Source of the DNA: a bacterium
Lineage (GTDB): Bacteria > Patescibacteriota > Andersenbacteria > UBA10190
Direction: 5' to 3'
NCBI GenBank assembly: GCA_043811915.1
Contig: JBDRMS010000001.1
Span: 14,499 to 78,498 of the forward strand
DNA: 64,000 bases
The translations under genes were made by a program, and so were the position numbers. This document shows positions 48,791 through 57,860 of this stretch, piece by piece. The notes under the pieces were generated by a model, which did no database searches, was not told the DNA's origin, and saw only the letters and a program-made list of their open reading frames with translations. Position 1 is the first letter of the stretch; each line of letters opens with the position of its first letter.

Positions 48791-49824
48791 GAGAATTGTG
48801 TTAAGAGACGAATGTCACCCGACCAGAAGAGACGAATGTCATCGATGCCGTGCTGGAGCATAACTATGCGGTCAATGGATTGCCCGAAAGCAAAGCCCTG
48901 ATATTTTTTGGGATTTACGTTCATGTTTTTGAGCACGTTAGGGTGAACCATGCCGGCTCCCATAACTTCAACCCAGCCGGTATTCTTGCAGGCACGGCAA
49001 CCTGCGGCTCGACAGAAAGTGCAGCTAATGTCTACTTCGAATCCAGGCTCTACGAAAGGAAAGTATGCCGGACGCAATCTAGTACTTACCTGCTTTTGAA
49101 AAAAGACTTTGTAAAATGTTTCAATTGTTCCTTTAAAATCTGCGATGGATATGTTGTCTCCAACTACTAGTCCTTCGAATTGGTAAAATGTTGTTTCGTG
49201 CGTGGCGTCAGTACGCTCGGCACGAAATACTCGTCCTGGCGACAATATCCGAAATGGCGGAATTAGATCATTCTCGAGTACGGCGCGAAGTTGAACGGGC
49301 GAGGTGTGGGTGCGCAGAACAAGGTTTTGTGCTTCGCCTTGTTCCTGTATGTAGAAAGTATCTGTTTCTGCCCGAGCCGGGTGTTCAAAAGGAATATTTA
49401 ACTGATCAAAGTTATATCGCGCTTCTTCGACTTCCGGTCCTTCCACAACCAGGAAGCCCATAGCTGAAAAAATTTGCTGGATGCGACGGGTGGCTAAAGT
49501 GAAAGGGTGAAGGTGGCCAATTAGCGGTTGGGCCGGGGAGAGGCCGGAGGGAGCAAAATCCGGTATTGCTGATTTAATTTTTTTTCTTTTTACCTGGTGA
49601 AGCCGCTCGAGTTTTTGGCGTAAAGCGTTACCTTGTTTGCCTATCACGCGTTTCTCTGCCAGAGAAAGGTACTTAATTTCTCTTAATAATTTGGGGATGG
49701 CCCCCTTGCGGCCGAGATAGTCGACACGCCATTGCTCGAGAGTGGTGGGATTTTTAACTTGCTCCAGCTCGAAAGTGGCTTGGCGGCTAAGCTCTGCTAG
49801 TTGTGCGGCGAGTGGCGCGATCAT
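48787..49824 (-). CDS. pheS: Phenylalanyl-tRNA synthetase alpha subunit
   Basis: ATG 49824 (MIAPLAAQLAELS...); class II motifs; stop overlaps pheT start; ORF-track start is a 66-aa upstream extension. Confidence 0.9.
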   Translation of the reverse strand: MIAPLAAQLAELSRQATFELEQVKNPTTLEQWRVDYLGRKGAIPKLLREIKYLSLAEKRVIGKQGNALRQKLERLHQVKRKKIKSAIPDFAPSGLSPAQPLIGHLHPFTLATRRIQQIFSAMGFLVVEGPEVEEARYNFDQLNIPFEHPARAETDTFYIQEQGEAQNLVLRTHTSPVQLRAVLENDLIPPFRILSPGRVFRAERTDATHETTFYQFEGLVVGDNISIADFKGTIETFYKVFFQKQVSTRLRPAYFPFVEPGFEVDISCTFCRAAGCRACKNTGWVEVMGAGMVHPNVLKNMNVNPKKYQGFAFGQSIDRIVMLQHGIDDIRLFWSGDIRLLTQFS

Positions 49825-50188
49825 AGCCAAGAAATATAAACTCAATAAAAATAAATATGGCAATGGCAAGCAGGGCCAGCCACCACCGGTAGAAATGCAG
49901 CAGTTGCAATAATAGTAGCAAATCCAGAAAAAGACCGAGTAGTATTCCCTGGCGCAGACTGGTTCTGACGGCGTAAGCGGAGAGCTGCCTGGGAGCGAAC
50001 AGGTGGCGGATGACATAACCAACCAGCCCGGCAGTGCTAGCGGCAGCCAGAAAGAGGGCTAAAAAGAAGAGCAGGAAACCAATTGTTCCAGCTTGCACGG
50101 GATCGAGAAATTTAATAATGGCTACCCAGATTGTCCATGAGACGATGGCGGCAACTAGCGAGCCTACGATAAAAACATGTACGGTCAT
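49787..50188 (-). CDS. Small integral membrane protein (4 TM)
   Basis: ATG 50188 just downstream of tRNA-Asp; consistently hydrophobic; 38-nt out-of-frame overlap with pheS. Confidence 0.35.
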   Translation of the reverse strand: MTVHVFIVGSLVAAIVSWTIWVAIIKFLDPVQAGTIGFLLFFLALFLAAASTAGLVGYVIRHLFAPRQLSAYAVRTSLRQGILLGLFLDLLLLLQLLHFYRWWLALLAIAIFIFIEFIFLGYDRATRRTTSRA

Positions 50189-50298
50189 AGCCACCAGGCG
50201 ATAGCCCAAAGCAGGGCGGCAATGATAGCGAGCCTGAACCAGGGAACCTGTTCGACGGAAGAGTCTTCTATTTCGTAGGGTTGAGACATGGGAAAAGG

Positions 50299-50370
50299 CG
50301 GACCTGACGAGAGTCGAACTCGCTCTACAAGCTTGACAAGCTTGTGTGCTAACCGTTACACCACAGGTCC
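50299..50370 (-). tRNA. tRNA-Asp (anticodon GTC)
   Basis: Acceptor GGACCTG/CAGGTCC, anticodon loop TTGTCAA, T-loop TTCGACT. Confidence 0.85.
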
Positions 50371-50473
50371 TTAACCTTTGCTGCACTGTATGCGTAGGAT
50401 ATTGAAAATCCGGGCTTTTGTCTATATGTTAATGGCAGCTGGCGGGCTTGCCCGCCGAAGCTTTAGCGAAGAA

Positions 50474-50547
50474 GGCGGGGTAGCTCAGCTGGCAAGAGCG
50501 CGGGACTCATAAGCCCGAGGTCGGGAGTTCGAGCCTCCCCCCCGCTA
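50474..50547 (+). tRNA. tRNA-Met-type (anticodon CAT; elongator Met or Ile-lysidine), canonical loops
   Basis: Acceptor GGCGGGG/CCCCGCT (G1:U72), D-loop AGCTGGCAA, anticodon loop CTCATAA, T-loop TTCGAGC, A73. Confidence 0.8.
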
Positions 50548-50568
50548 CGAACAAAAAACATGAGAATG

Positions 50569-50595
50569 AACAATCCCGCCTGAAGCGGGATTGTT
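50569..50595 (+). terminator. Hairpin AACAATCCCGC-ctgaa-GCGGGATTGTT after tRNA-Met (not followed by a T-run)
   Basis: 11-bp perfect stem read directly. Confidence 0.3.
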
Positions 50596-50772
50596 AAGCC
50601 CTCTAATGAAAGAGAAAGGCCTTGTGTGACACAGTAGGTCTTCTGACTAAGGAGTTTGGTCTGTTTTATACTCCCCCCACTGGTCTACTTATAGCATCGC
50701 AACCTGGTAGATATTGCGCAATACTTCTTGCCAAGCATTTTGTTAAAAAAATGTGACAGTTTTTGCTAGTAG

Positions 50773-50801
50773 TTGCAAAAGCAGTAAATTTGTGTATATA
50801 C
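50773..50801 (+). promoter_or_regulatory. Sigma70-like promoter TTGCAA -17- ATATAC with TG extension, directly upstream of the second CAT tRNA
   Basis: -35 50773-50778; TGTATATAC at 50793-50801; tRNA 5' end at 50814. Confidence 0.4.
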
Positions 50802-50813
50802 TGTGGGACGTAA

Positions 50814-50885
50814 CGCCGGGTGGAGAAGTAGTATCTCGCGTGGCTCATAACCACGAAATCGCTGGTGCAATTCCAGCCCCGGCTA
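50814..50885 (+). tRNA. CAT-anticodon tRNA or tRNA-like gene, initiator-like (C1 unpaired with U72, A11:U24) but with non-canonical D-loop (no GG) and T-loop TGCAATT
   Basis: Acceptor CGCCGGG/CCCGGCT, D-stem GAGA/TCTC, anticodon stem CGTGG/CCACG loop CTCATAA, T-stem GCTGG/CCAGC. Confidence 0.5.
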
Positions 50886-50890
50886 CGTGT

Positions 50891-51900
50891 ATGGATGGCA
50901 CGGCTCGCTTTTTTTGTGTTGTTTTTTTGGTGGCACTATTTATGCAGGGTATACTGTGGTGGTCTGTCGACTTTGTTGATGAATCATTCTGGCTGAAAAA
51001 GATAGATTTCCTGAAAGAAGATATATTCAGCGCATCGTTGGCTTTCAATGCGAAGCGGCACGCCGCACACCCCGGTACGCTGATTCTGTTGCCAGCGGCT
51101 ATGATGTCGAGAGTTGGGTTGACAACGGCCGATAGCCTGAGACTAGCGGTGACGTTGATAAACGCAGTGGCTATAACAGCTATGGTGACAATGGCCCGGC
51201 AGTTGCGTCCAGGAAGTCCCTGGTGGTTTGGGGCGGCCGGCACTGTAAGGAAAAACATCAAGCCGCGTTTTTGTTGGCAATTTTACTTGGAGTTATGGCA
51301 GCAACCCGTTTACACATAGCGCTGTTGCTGGCTACACCAGTACTGGGAATATTAGCTTACAAGGACGGTCTTAGACAATCGGTGTTAGTTGGCTTGGGCG
51401 CTCTGACAACAGCATCGGCCCTGATTCCATTTATGTTGCTGTCTCCGGTGGTATTCGTGCAAACAGCAGTGGTAAACCAGTTTGTGTACTTTACAGACCA
51501 AACAATTTATCTGGCTGAAACATCCCGGTTATCTTTTGGGGAGTTGGTGACATCATCGCCGTTGGCGGCCTTCTCTTTACTTTTAGCTGTGACTGGCCTG
51601 ATGTGGAAAAATTGCTCTCCCCTGCCTCGTTTCTTTGTAATCACTTTACTGGCTGGAACGATTGTCGTACTGGGTGTTTTTGGGATGTCCAACATGCAAT
51701 CTTATCGTTATGTGTTTCCGGTGATTATGGTGTGGGAAATTTTGCTGCCTTTTTTTGTTTTGCATTTAATGAGCTTCGTTCGCTGGCCTGCCTTTGTTTC
51801 TTTAAATATGGCGAAGGCGGCTGTGATATTACTACTGTCCGGGACGTATATGGCGTTGTTAGTGTATTCGTTATTACTACCCGAACCGGTTTATATTTAA
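50891..51900 (+). pseudogene. Polytopic membrane protein (GT-C-like, DE motif VDFVDESFW) apparently split between two reading frames at an A5 tract near 51251; alternatively two overlapping genes
   Basis: Frame A 50891-51319 and frame B (open from 51142 to 51900) are both hydrophobic; hydrophobicity switches from A to B near 51245-51258. Confidence 0.3.
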
Positions 51901-51903
51901 CTT

Positions 51904-53499
51904 ATGAACACTCTACCGCGACCTCGTCCTCTACTGGTTGTCATCCTGGATGGTTGGGGTTTAAACAGTGAGGAGCAAGGAAATGCGATTGCTGCTGCTA
52001 AAACACCGACGATGGATAATTTGGCGCGTTATTTTCCGACCACGGCGGTGGCGGCAGCGGGACTGGAAGTGGGTTTGCCTCCGGGGCAGTGTGGCAACTC
52101 AGAGACGGGTCACCGTAACATCGGGGCGGGGAGGGTGGAATACCAGATTCTGACGGCTATAGACAGGGCCATTGCTGACAGTTCTTTTGAGACTAATCCA
52201 GTTTTAATTGGTGCAATCGAGCACACGCGGCATTATAAGAGCAGTTTACATTTGATGGGTTTGGTTTCCCGTGGCGGAGTGCACTCTCATTTCGATCATT
52301 TACTAGCCTTATTGCGAATGGCAGCGGGGCGAAATTTACGCGAGCGAGTTTATGTTCATATGTTTACGGACGGACGGGATGCCCCGCAACAAAGCGCCTT
52401 AGGCTATGCTGAAAGCCTTGAAGAAGCAATGGGTAAATATGGTTTGGGGACGATAGCTTCAGTAACTGGCCGCTTCTACGCTATGGATCGCAACCGGAAC
52501 TGGGAGCGAACGCAGACTACTTATGACATGTTAACAGGTGGCAAACGACCACCTGGATCATCTTCGGCTAAGCAAGCGATAGAGCGGGCTTATAACAACA
52601 GGACGTACGACGAAATGATTCCTCCTACGGTAATCACTCGCGGAGGGGCTCCACTGGCCAGTGTGACTTCTGATGACGCGGTTATTTTCTTTAATTTCAG
52701 GCCGGATCGGGCACGACAATTAACACGGGCTTTTGTGTCTCCACATCAAATGTCATGGCCGACAGTGAAGTTGGAAAATGTGTATTTTAGCACGCTGGCC
52801 AAGTACGACATTAGGCTTAAAGCCAAGGCAGCTTTCGTGGAGGAGGTGGCGGAGTACCCGCTAGCGCGAGTTATTGCGGAGGGGAACTTGAAACAATTAC
52901 ATATTGCCGAGACAGAAAAATATGCTCACATAACATATTATTTAAACGTAGGGCACGAGAAGCCGTTTCCGGGTGAAGAGAGAGTATTGATGCGCTCGTC
53001 GGGAGTGCGCAACTTTGCCGAAAATCCACAGATGGAAGCGAAAAGAATTACGGAACGTGTATTAGTGGAAATGAAGAGTGGCAAGTACGACGTATATTTT
53101 ATTAATTATGCTAACGCCGATATGGCGGGGCACACGGGAGATTTTGAAGCAACTAGACAGGCATGTCAATTTGTGGATGAAAGTGTGGGGCAGTTGCAGA
53201 CGGCGGTACTATCTGCCGGTGGGGCAATGGTGGTAACGGCGGATCACGGCAGCGCGGAAGAGTTGCTAGTGTCGGTTACTCACGAAAAGCGCCCGGAGCA
53301 TACAAGCAACCCGGTACCGTTTCATTATGTACGGGGGGAACTTAAGCGAACAACCGCGAAAAGCGATAGCGAGATGGAGACTTTTTTGAAACAGCCAGTG
53401 GGGGTGCTGGCCGATGTGGCGCCAACAATACTGGATATACTGCGTTTAGACAAGCCGGCGAGCATGACAGGAGTATCATTGCTAGGTTCCCTGCAATAA
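51904..53499 (+). CDS. gpmI: 2,3-bisphosphoglycerate-independent phosphoglycerate mutase
   Basis: LLVVILDGWG N-terminus and iPGM metal-binding motifs (TADHG, MAGHTGD). Confidence 0.9.
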   Translation: MNTLPRPRPLLVVILDGWGLNSEEQGNAIAAAKTPTMDNLARYFPTTAVAAAGLEVGLPPGQCGNSETGHRNIGAGRVEYQILTAIDRAIADSSFETNPVLIGAIEHTRHYKSSLHLMGLVSRGGVHSHFDHLLALLRMAAGRNLRERVYVHMFTDGRDAPQQSALGYAESLEEAMGKYGLGTIASVTGRFYAMDRNRNWERTQTTYDMLTGGKRPPGSSSAKQAIERAYNNRTYDEMIPPTVITRGGAPLASVTSDDAVIFFNFRPDRARQLTRAFVSPHQMSWPTVKLENVYFSTLAKYDIRLKAKAAFVEEVAEYPLARVIAEGNLKQLHIAETEKYAHITYYLNVGHEKPFPGEERVLMRSSGVRNFAENPQMEAKRITERVLVEMKSGKYDVYFINYANADMAGHTGDFEATRQACQFVDESVGQLQTAVLSAGGAMVVTADHGSAEELLVSVTHEKRPEHTSNPVPFHYVRGELKRTTAKSDSEMETFLKQPVGVLADVAPTILDILRLDKPASMTGVSLLGSLQ

Positions 53500-54813
53500 C
53501 GGTGTTTTTTTGTACCACTGCTGGCTCTGCTCGTAGGCATGCGCCACTCGAAAGAGGCGCTCTTCCTGGAATGATGGTGCGGTGAGTTGAAGACCGACAG
53601 GGAGTTTATTACTAAAACCACATGGTATTGATATGGCGGGGATGCCAGCTACGTTTTGCGGGCATGTTAATGCGTCAGATAAATACATGGACAGAGGGTC
53701 TGACTTTGATCCGATAGGAAAAGCTATTTCAGGAGTAGTGGGACTGGCGATAACATCAACATTTTTAAAGGCGGCATCGAATTCACGCCGGATAAGAGTG
53801 CGTAATTTACTGGCTTGCTGGTACCAGGCGTGATAGTAGCCGGCGGACAGAGCGTAGGTGCCCATGAGGATGGCGCGCTTAACTTCCGGTCCAAAACCAC
53901 GACCTCGGGCTTCCATGTAGCGTTCTAAAAGAGTAGCCGTTTCCAGGTCCATGCGACCATAGCGCAAGGCGTCGTAGCGAGCCAGGTTGGTGGAGGCTTC
54001 TGATTTGGCGATTAAGAAGTAAGTGGGAATAGCAACGTTGGTTAAGGGCAAAGATATTTCAATTAAGCTGGCGCCTAGTTTTTTAAGCTGCTGTGTCGCG
54101 TCCAGAACAGTGCGCCCCACTTCTTTATCTATCCCCTCGCCGAAATACTCTTTAGGTAAGCCAATGCGCAGGCCTTTTATTTCTTTGCCACACACTTTTG
54201 TATAGTCTGGCACTGGCCTGGGGTCACTAGTAGCGTCGCGAGGGTCGTGACCGGCAATTATTTTAAGCAGCCGGGCCACCTCTTTAACGGTGCGGGCTAT
54301 CGGGCCTACCTGGTCCAGGCTACTGCCGTATGCGATTACTCCAAAACGGCTAACACGGCCATAAGTTGGTTTGAGACCGACCACACCGCAAAAGCTGGCA
54401 GGTTGGCGGATGGAGCCGCCGGTTTCGGTGCCAAGCGCTGCCGGTACGGCACCGCAGGCGACGACGGCCGTAGAACCACCACTACTACCACCGGCTACGC
54501 GACTTAGGTCCCAGGGATTTTTAGTGACGCCGCAAGCGGAATATTCAGTGCTGGAGCCCATGGCGAACTCGTCCAGGTTGGTTTTGCCGATAATAATGGC
54601 GCCGGCTTTTTTGAGTTTGGTGATAACAGTGGCTTCAAAAGGAGAACGGAATTTTTGTAGCAGGCGGGAAGCGGCGGTAGTGTGACCTTCTATTGTACAA
54701 ATAACGTCTTTAACGGCTACGGGCCAACCTGCGCGGGAAGCCTGGTCATAAAAAATTTCAAGAAAGGCGTTGAGGTGCGGCTGCCACTGGTCGATTTTTT
54801 TAAAAGACGGCAT
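53482..54813 (-). CDS. gatA: Glutamyl-tRNA(Gln) amidotransferase subunit A
   Basis: Amidase signature GGSSGGSTAVVACG...GTETGGSIRQPA. Confidence 0.9.
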   Translation of the reverse strand: MPSFKKIDQWQPHLNAFLEIFYDQASRAGWPVAVKDVICTIEGHTTAASRLLQKFRSPFEATVITKLKKAGAIIIGKTNLDEFAMGSSTEYSACGVTKNPWDLSRVAGGSSGGSTAVVACGAVPAALGTETGGSIRQPASFCGVVGLKPTYGRVSRFGVIAYGSSLDQVGPIARTVKEVARLLKIIAGHDPRDATSDPRPVPDYTKVCGKEIKGLRIGLPKEYFGEGIDKEVGRTVLDATQQLKKLGASLIEISLPLTNVAIPTYFLIAKSEASTNLARYDALRYGRMDLETATLLERYMEARGRGFGPEVKRAILMGTYALSAGYYHAWYQQASKLRTLIRREFDAAFKNVDVIASPTTPEIAFPIGSKSDPLSMYLSDALTCPQNVAGIPAISIPCGFSNKLPVGLQLTAPSFQEERLFRVAHAYEQSQQWYKKTPLLQGT

Positions 54814-55093
54814 GAACTTGAATATGTTTCTTCCTGGTGGCGGGAGCGGCCTTAATTAGGACTGCGCAGCTGCACAGATCTTCGTTCACGGCTTCGTCGG
54901 CGCGCGTAATATTAGTCAGGCCGGTGGCGTTGTCGTAAGTGGGCACATCTTCGGTATCGATATTCTGAATAGTGGCGAAATGATTCAGGATATTAGTCAG
55001 GTCCCGGGTGGCATTCACTATTTCGTCATTAGTCAGCTGCAAGCGGCTTAAAGCTGCCATACGCTCGACGATTTTTTTATTTACATTACTCAC
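54800..55093 (-). CDS. gatC: Glutamyl-tRNA(Gln) amidotransferase subunit C
   Basis: 97 aa; GTG start overlapping ligA stop; VERMAALSRLQLTNDE typical GatC. Confidence 0.75.
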   Translation of the reverse strand: MSNVNKKIVERMAALSRLQLTNDEIVNATRDLTNILNHFATIQNIDTEDVPTYDNATGLTNITRADEAVNEDLCSCAVLIKAAPATRKKHIQVHAVF

Positions 55094-57072
55094 TAGCTTA
55101 GCATCTTTTTAAATTGCTCTGGTGTCAATGTTTTTAGAGCCAGGGCCAGAGCTTTTTTCTCTTTGCCGCCGGCTTCCTCGCCAATGACAACATAGTCAAC
55201 TTTTTTTCCAACACTGGAGGCGACTTTGCCACCCAGAGATTTCACGCGTTGCCCCGCTTCTTCCCTGGTGAGATCGGGCAAGGAGCCGGTGAAAACAAAT
55301 GTTTTGCCTTGCAGGGGTCCGGAGGATGCAGGAGAGATAATATCAATGCCGACAGACTGATATTTCCTGATAAGTTCTCTGGCGTGTTGATCCTGAAAGA
55401 AGTTGATTATGCCTCGGGCAACTTTACCGCCGATCCCGGCAACTGATTGTAGGTCCTCGGGGCTTGCTTGGGATAAGTTTTGTAGCGTTTTGAATTCTCG
55501 AGCTAAATCCTGTGCAGTGACAATGCCGACTTGAGGAATACTCAAGGCAACGAGAAAACGGGACAAGGTGATTTTTTTATGAGCTTGAATTTCCTCCACC
55601 AGTTTATTGGCTGATACCTCTGCAAAGCGTTCAAGGGGAGTAAGATCTCCCGCTTGTAAGTGCCAAATATCGGGAGCGTCTTCGATAAGGTTAGCTATGA
55701 GGAGTTGTTCAACTATTTTGTCGCCCAGCCCGTCAACATCGAAGCCGCTTTGCCTAATGGCTTGGAGAATGCGCTCCCGTTGGCGAGGGAAACATTGTTT
55801 GTTGGTGCAGCGAACTACTATACCAGCTTCATCCTGGTGGACTGGCGAGTGGCAAGCGGGGCACTGCCTTGGCATCGAGAAAGATTTGGTACCCGGCGGG
55901 CGCAGTTTGGGCAAAACTTTGACGACTTCGGGAATAATGTCGCCGGCCTTGCGCACGATAACAGTGTCCCCTACCCTGACATCTTTGCGTTTTATTTCGT
56001 CGGCGTTGTGTAAGGTGGCGCGCGACACAGTGCTGCCGGCAACCGAGACGGGTTTGAGATGAGCCACTGGCGTTAAAGATCCCGTGCGTCCTACCTGCAC
56101 GACTATTTTTTCTACTATGGTAGTAGCTTCTTCAGCGGCAAACTTGAAGGCAATGGAGGCACGGGGTGCCTTACCAACAACACCCAAGCGCCTGACACTG
56201 ATTAGCTGGTTAATTTTTATTACGGCGCCGTCGGCCAGGAAGGCGTAGCTGGCTCTTCTGGTTTCTTCTTTTTGCAGGTATTGCCAAACCTGGTCCAGGC
56301 TGGCAAAAAACCTGGCGCCTGGAGGTACGGGAAACCCCAGTTCCTGCAATCTGGCATGCTCCTGCTGTCTGGTTTTTACAGGTAAGCCGTCCGTTATTTC
56401 CCAGGCGAAAAAGCGCAAGGGGCGGCTGGCTGCTATGCGAGGATTAAGCTGGCGAATAGAACCGGCGGCAATGTTGCGAGGGTTGGCAAACAGAGCCTGT
56501 TCCTCTTTTTTGCGGACGGCATTCATTTTATCGAAGTCTTTTTTGAGAATGTAGACCTCTCCGCGAACCTCTACGCGGCCGGATATTTTTTTGGCCAGAT
56601 TAAGGGGGATGGCTTCGATAGTGCGAATGTTGTGAGTAACATCCTCCCCTACCGTGCCATTACCACGAGTGACACCTCGTTTGAGCTGGCCATTCTCGTA
56701 AATTAACGACAGAGCGACACCATCTATTTTTAGTTCAACAAAATAGGCAAAGTCTTCGGGAAGAATTTTTTTATTACGCTCTTCCCACTGCATTAAATCA
56801 TCTTTACTGAAAGCGTCCTGGAGAGAAAGCATGCGCGTGGCATGGCGCACTTGTTTAAACTTGGGCAAGGGCTGACCGCCGACTCTTTGCGTAGGTGAGT
56901 TTGATGTTATTAGATCAGGAAATTGTTGTTCCAGATTAGTCAATTCTTTTTTGAGGCTGTCAAGAGCGGAGTCAGAAATCTCCTGCTTGTCTTTGACGTG
57001 ATATAGGTAGCGGTGATGTTCTATTTCATCACGAAGCTTATTTATGCGTACTTTCGCCTGCTTTTTAGTCAT
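55093..57072 (-). CDS. ligA: NAD-dependent DNA ligase
   Basis: KxDG adenylation motif (ELKIDGVALS), OB, Zn finger (CPACHSP), HhH and BRCT domains; 659 aa. Confidence 0.95.
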   Translation of the reverse strand: MTKKQAKVRINKLRDEIEHHRYLYHVKDKQEISDSALDSLKKELTNLEQQFPDLITSNSPTQRVGGQPLPKFKQVRHATRMLSLQDAFSKDDLMQWEERNKKILPEDFAYFVELKIDGVALSLIYENGQLKRGVTRGNGTVGEDVTHNIRTIEAIPLNLAKKISGRVEVRGEVYILKKDFDKMNAVRKKEEQALFANPRNIAAGSIRQLNPRIAASRPLRFFAWEITDGLPVKTRQQEHARLQELGFPVPPGARFFASLDQVWQYLQKEETRRASYAFLADGAVIKINQLISVRRLGVVGKAPRASIAFKFAAEEATTIVEKIVVQVGRTGSLTPVAHLKPVSVAGSTVSRATLHNADEIKRKDVRVGDTVIVRKAGDIIPEVVKVLPKLRPPGTKSFSMPRQCPACHSPVHQDEAGIVVRCTNKQCFPRQRERILQAIRQSGFDVDGLGDKIVEQLLIANLIEDAPDIWHLQAGDLTPLERFAEVSANKLVEEIQAHKKITLSRFLVALSIPQVGIVTAQDLAREFKTLQNLSQASPEDLQSVAGIGGKVARGIINFFQDQHARELIRKYQSVGIDIISPASSGPLQGKTFVFTGSLPDLTREEAGQRVKSLGGKVASSVGKKVDYVVIGEEAGGKEKKALALALKTLTPEQFKKMLS

Positions 57073-57099
57073 ACAAATAGCTTAGCTCAAAAGCCGCGC

Positions 57100-57122
57100 T
57101 TTCTAAACCTTAGCTTTAGAAA
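57100..57122. repeat. Left hairpin repeat TTTCTAAA-CCTTAGC-TTTAGAAA
   Basis: 8-bp stem, 7-nt loop; between ligA start and transposase stop. Confidence 0.6.
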
Positions 57123-57138
57123 TGCCTCTATAGCTTCT

Positions 57139-57792
57139 CTAGTCCTCATAATCTACGAGTAAGTGTTTAATATCTGTCAGTGAGCGCGCATAATCCGCCT
57201 CGTCAGTAATAAATTTTTTATATTCTTCAGGCTTCATTATATTGTGAAGTAGTGATGTATGACACGTAGTTGCTGGCTGTTTATCTAAGTATTCTGGCAA
57301 GGAATACCAGTTATACTTGAGAGGGTTATTTGTGATATGAGCTACGTAAGGATTGAGATGAATATAGCGACTGACGTGAAGCAGTTGATTGTCCCCATCA
57401 ACTAATATTGCCCTAAATGGGTTGACGAATAATGAGCCGGAACGTTCCTCGCTCATATTAAAATACTTGGCATAGCTGGTTAGTAACTTATGCATGTACT
57501 GCGATGTGCCGTTAGTAATATTTTCTCTTATCAACAGATGGATATGATTCGGCATTAAACAATAGCAAAATAAATCAACTAATCCTGTCCCTTCTTTTGT
57601 TCTCTCTGACTCCTGCTTGTATTTTTGCGCCATCGAGAAGCTTCTTACAATATCCTGTGGTAAATAATGAACCAGTAACTTCATAAATCGTTGCCGGTCT
57701 CTGTCATCTCGAAAAATATCTCTCTGCTCTACGCCACGAGTGCATATGTGGTATACCTCCCCAGGGGCTAGATTATAATAACGATAGCTCAT
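57139..57792 (-). CDS. IS200-like / REP-associated tyrosine (Y1, HuH) transposase
   Basis: YHICTRGVEQRDIFRDDRDRQRF, HuH motif CLMPNHIHLLI, RYIHLNPYVAHI with catalytic Tyr region. Confidence 0.75.
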   Translation of the reverse strand: MSYRYYNLAPGEVYHICTRGVEQRDIFRDDRDRQRFMKLLVHYLPQDIVRSFSMAQKYKQESERTKEGTGLVDLFCYCLMPNHIHLLIRENITNGTSQYMHKLLTSYAKYFNMSEERSGSLFVNPFRAILVDGDNQLLHVSRYIHLNPYVAHITNNPLKYNWYSLPEYLDKQPATTCHTSLLHNIMKPEEYKKFITDEADYARSLTDIKHLLVDYED

Positions 57793-57821
57793 ATATTGCC
57801 ATTATACGGCTTGTAGCACTA

Positions 57822-57843
57822 TTTCTAAAGCTAAGGTTTAGAA
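57822..57843. repeat. Right hairpin repeat TTTCTAAA-GCTAAGG-TTTAGAA
   Basis: Reverse complement of the left repeat including the loop. Confidence 0.6.
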
Positions 57844-57860
57844 TTTTAGGATTTTAGAAA

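Larger units (their letters stand above)
57098..57845. mobile_element. IS200/IS605-like minimal element / REPtron: Y1 (RAYT-type) transposase flanked by inverted hairpin repeats
   Basis: Left TTTCTAAA-CCTTAGC-TTTAGAAA (57100-57122) and right TTTCTAAA-GCTAAGG-TTTAGAA (57822-57843) are reverse complements of each other. Confidence 0.55.

Noticed and set aside
49825-50022. 66-codon N-terminal extension of pheS in the ORF track (and a similar extension on 7490..7720 and 11303..11389)
   Set aside because: The extensions overlap neighbouring genes or tRNAs and precede internal ATGs that align with the canonical N-termini (MIAPLAAQ..., MKVFRL...).
50666-50890. ORF 50666..50854 (-) and the N-terminal 46 codons of ORF 50753..51319 (+)
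   Set aside because: They overlap a promoter plus tRNA-like gene (50773-50885); the + ORF only becomes protein-like after ATG 50891.
51245-51258. Programmed -1 ribosomal frameshift at G_AAA_AAC joining the two membrane-protein frames
   Set aside because: The heptamer is not of the X_XXY_YYZ form (first position G) and no downstream stimulatory hairpin was seen; an indel or pseudogene is more parsimonious.
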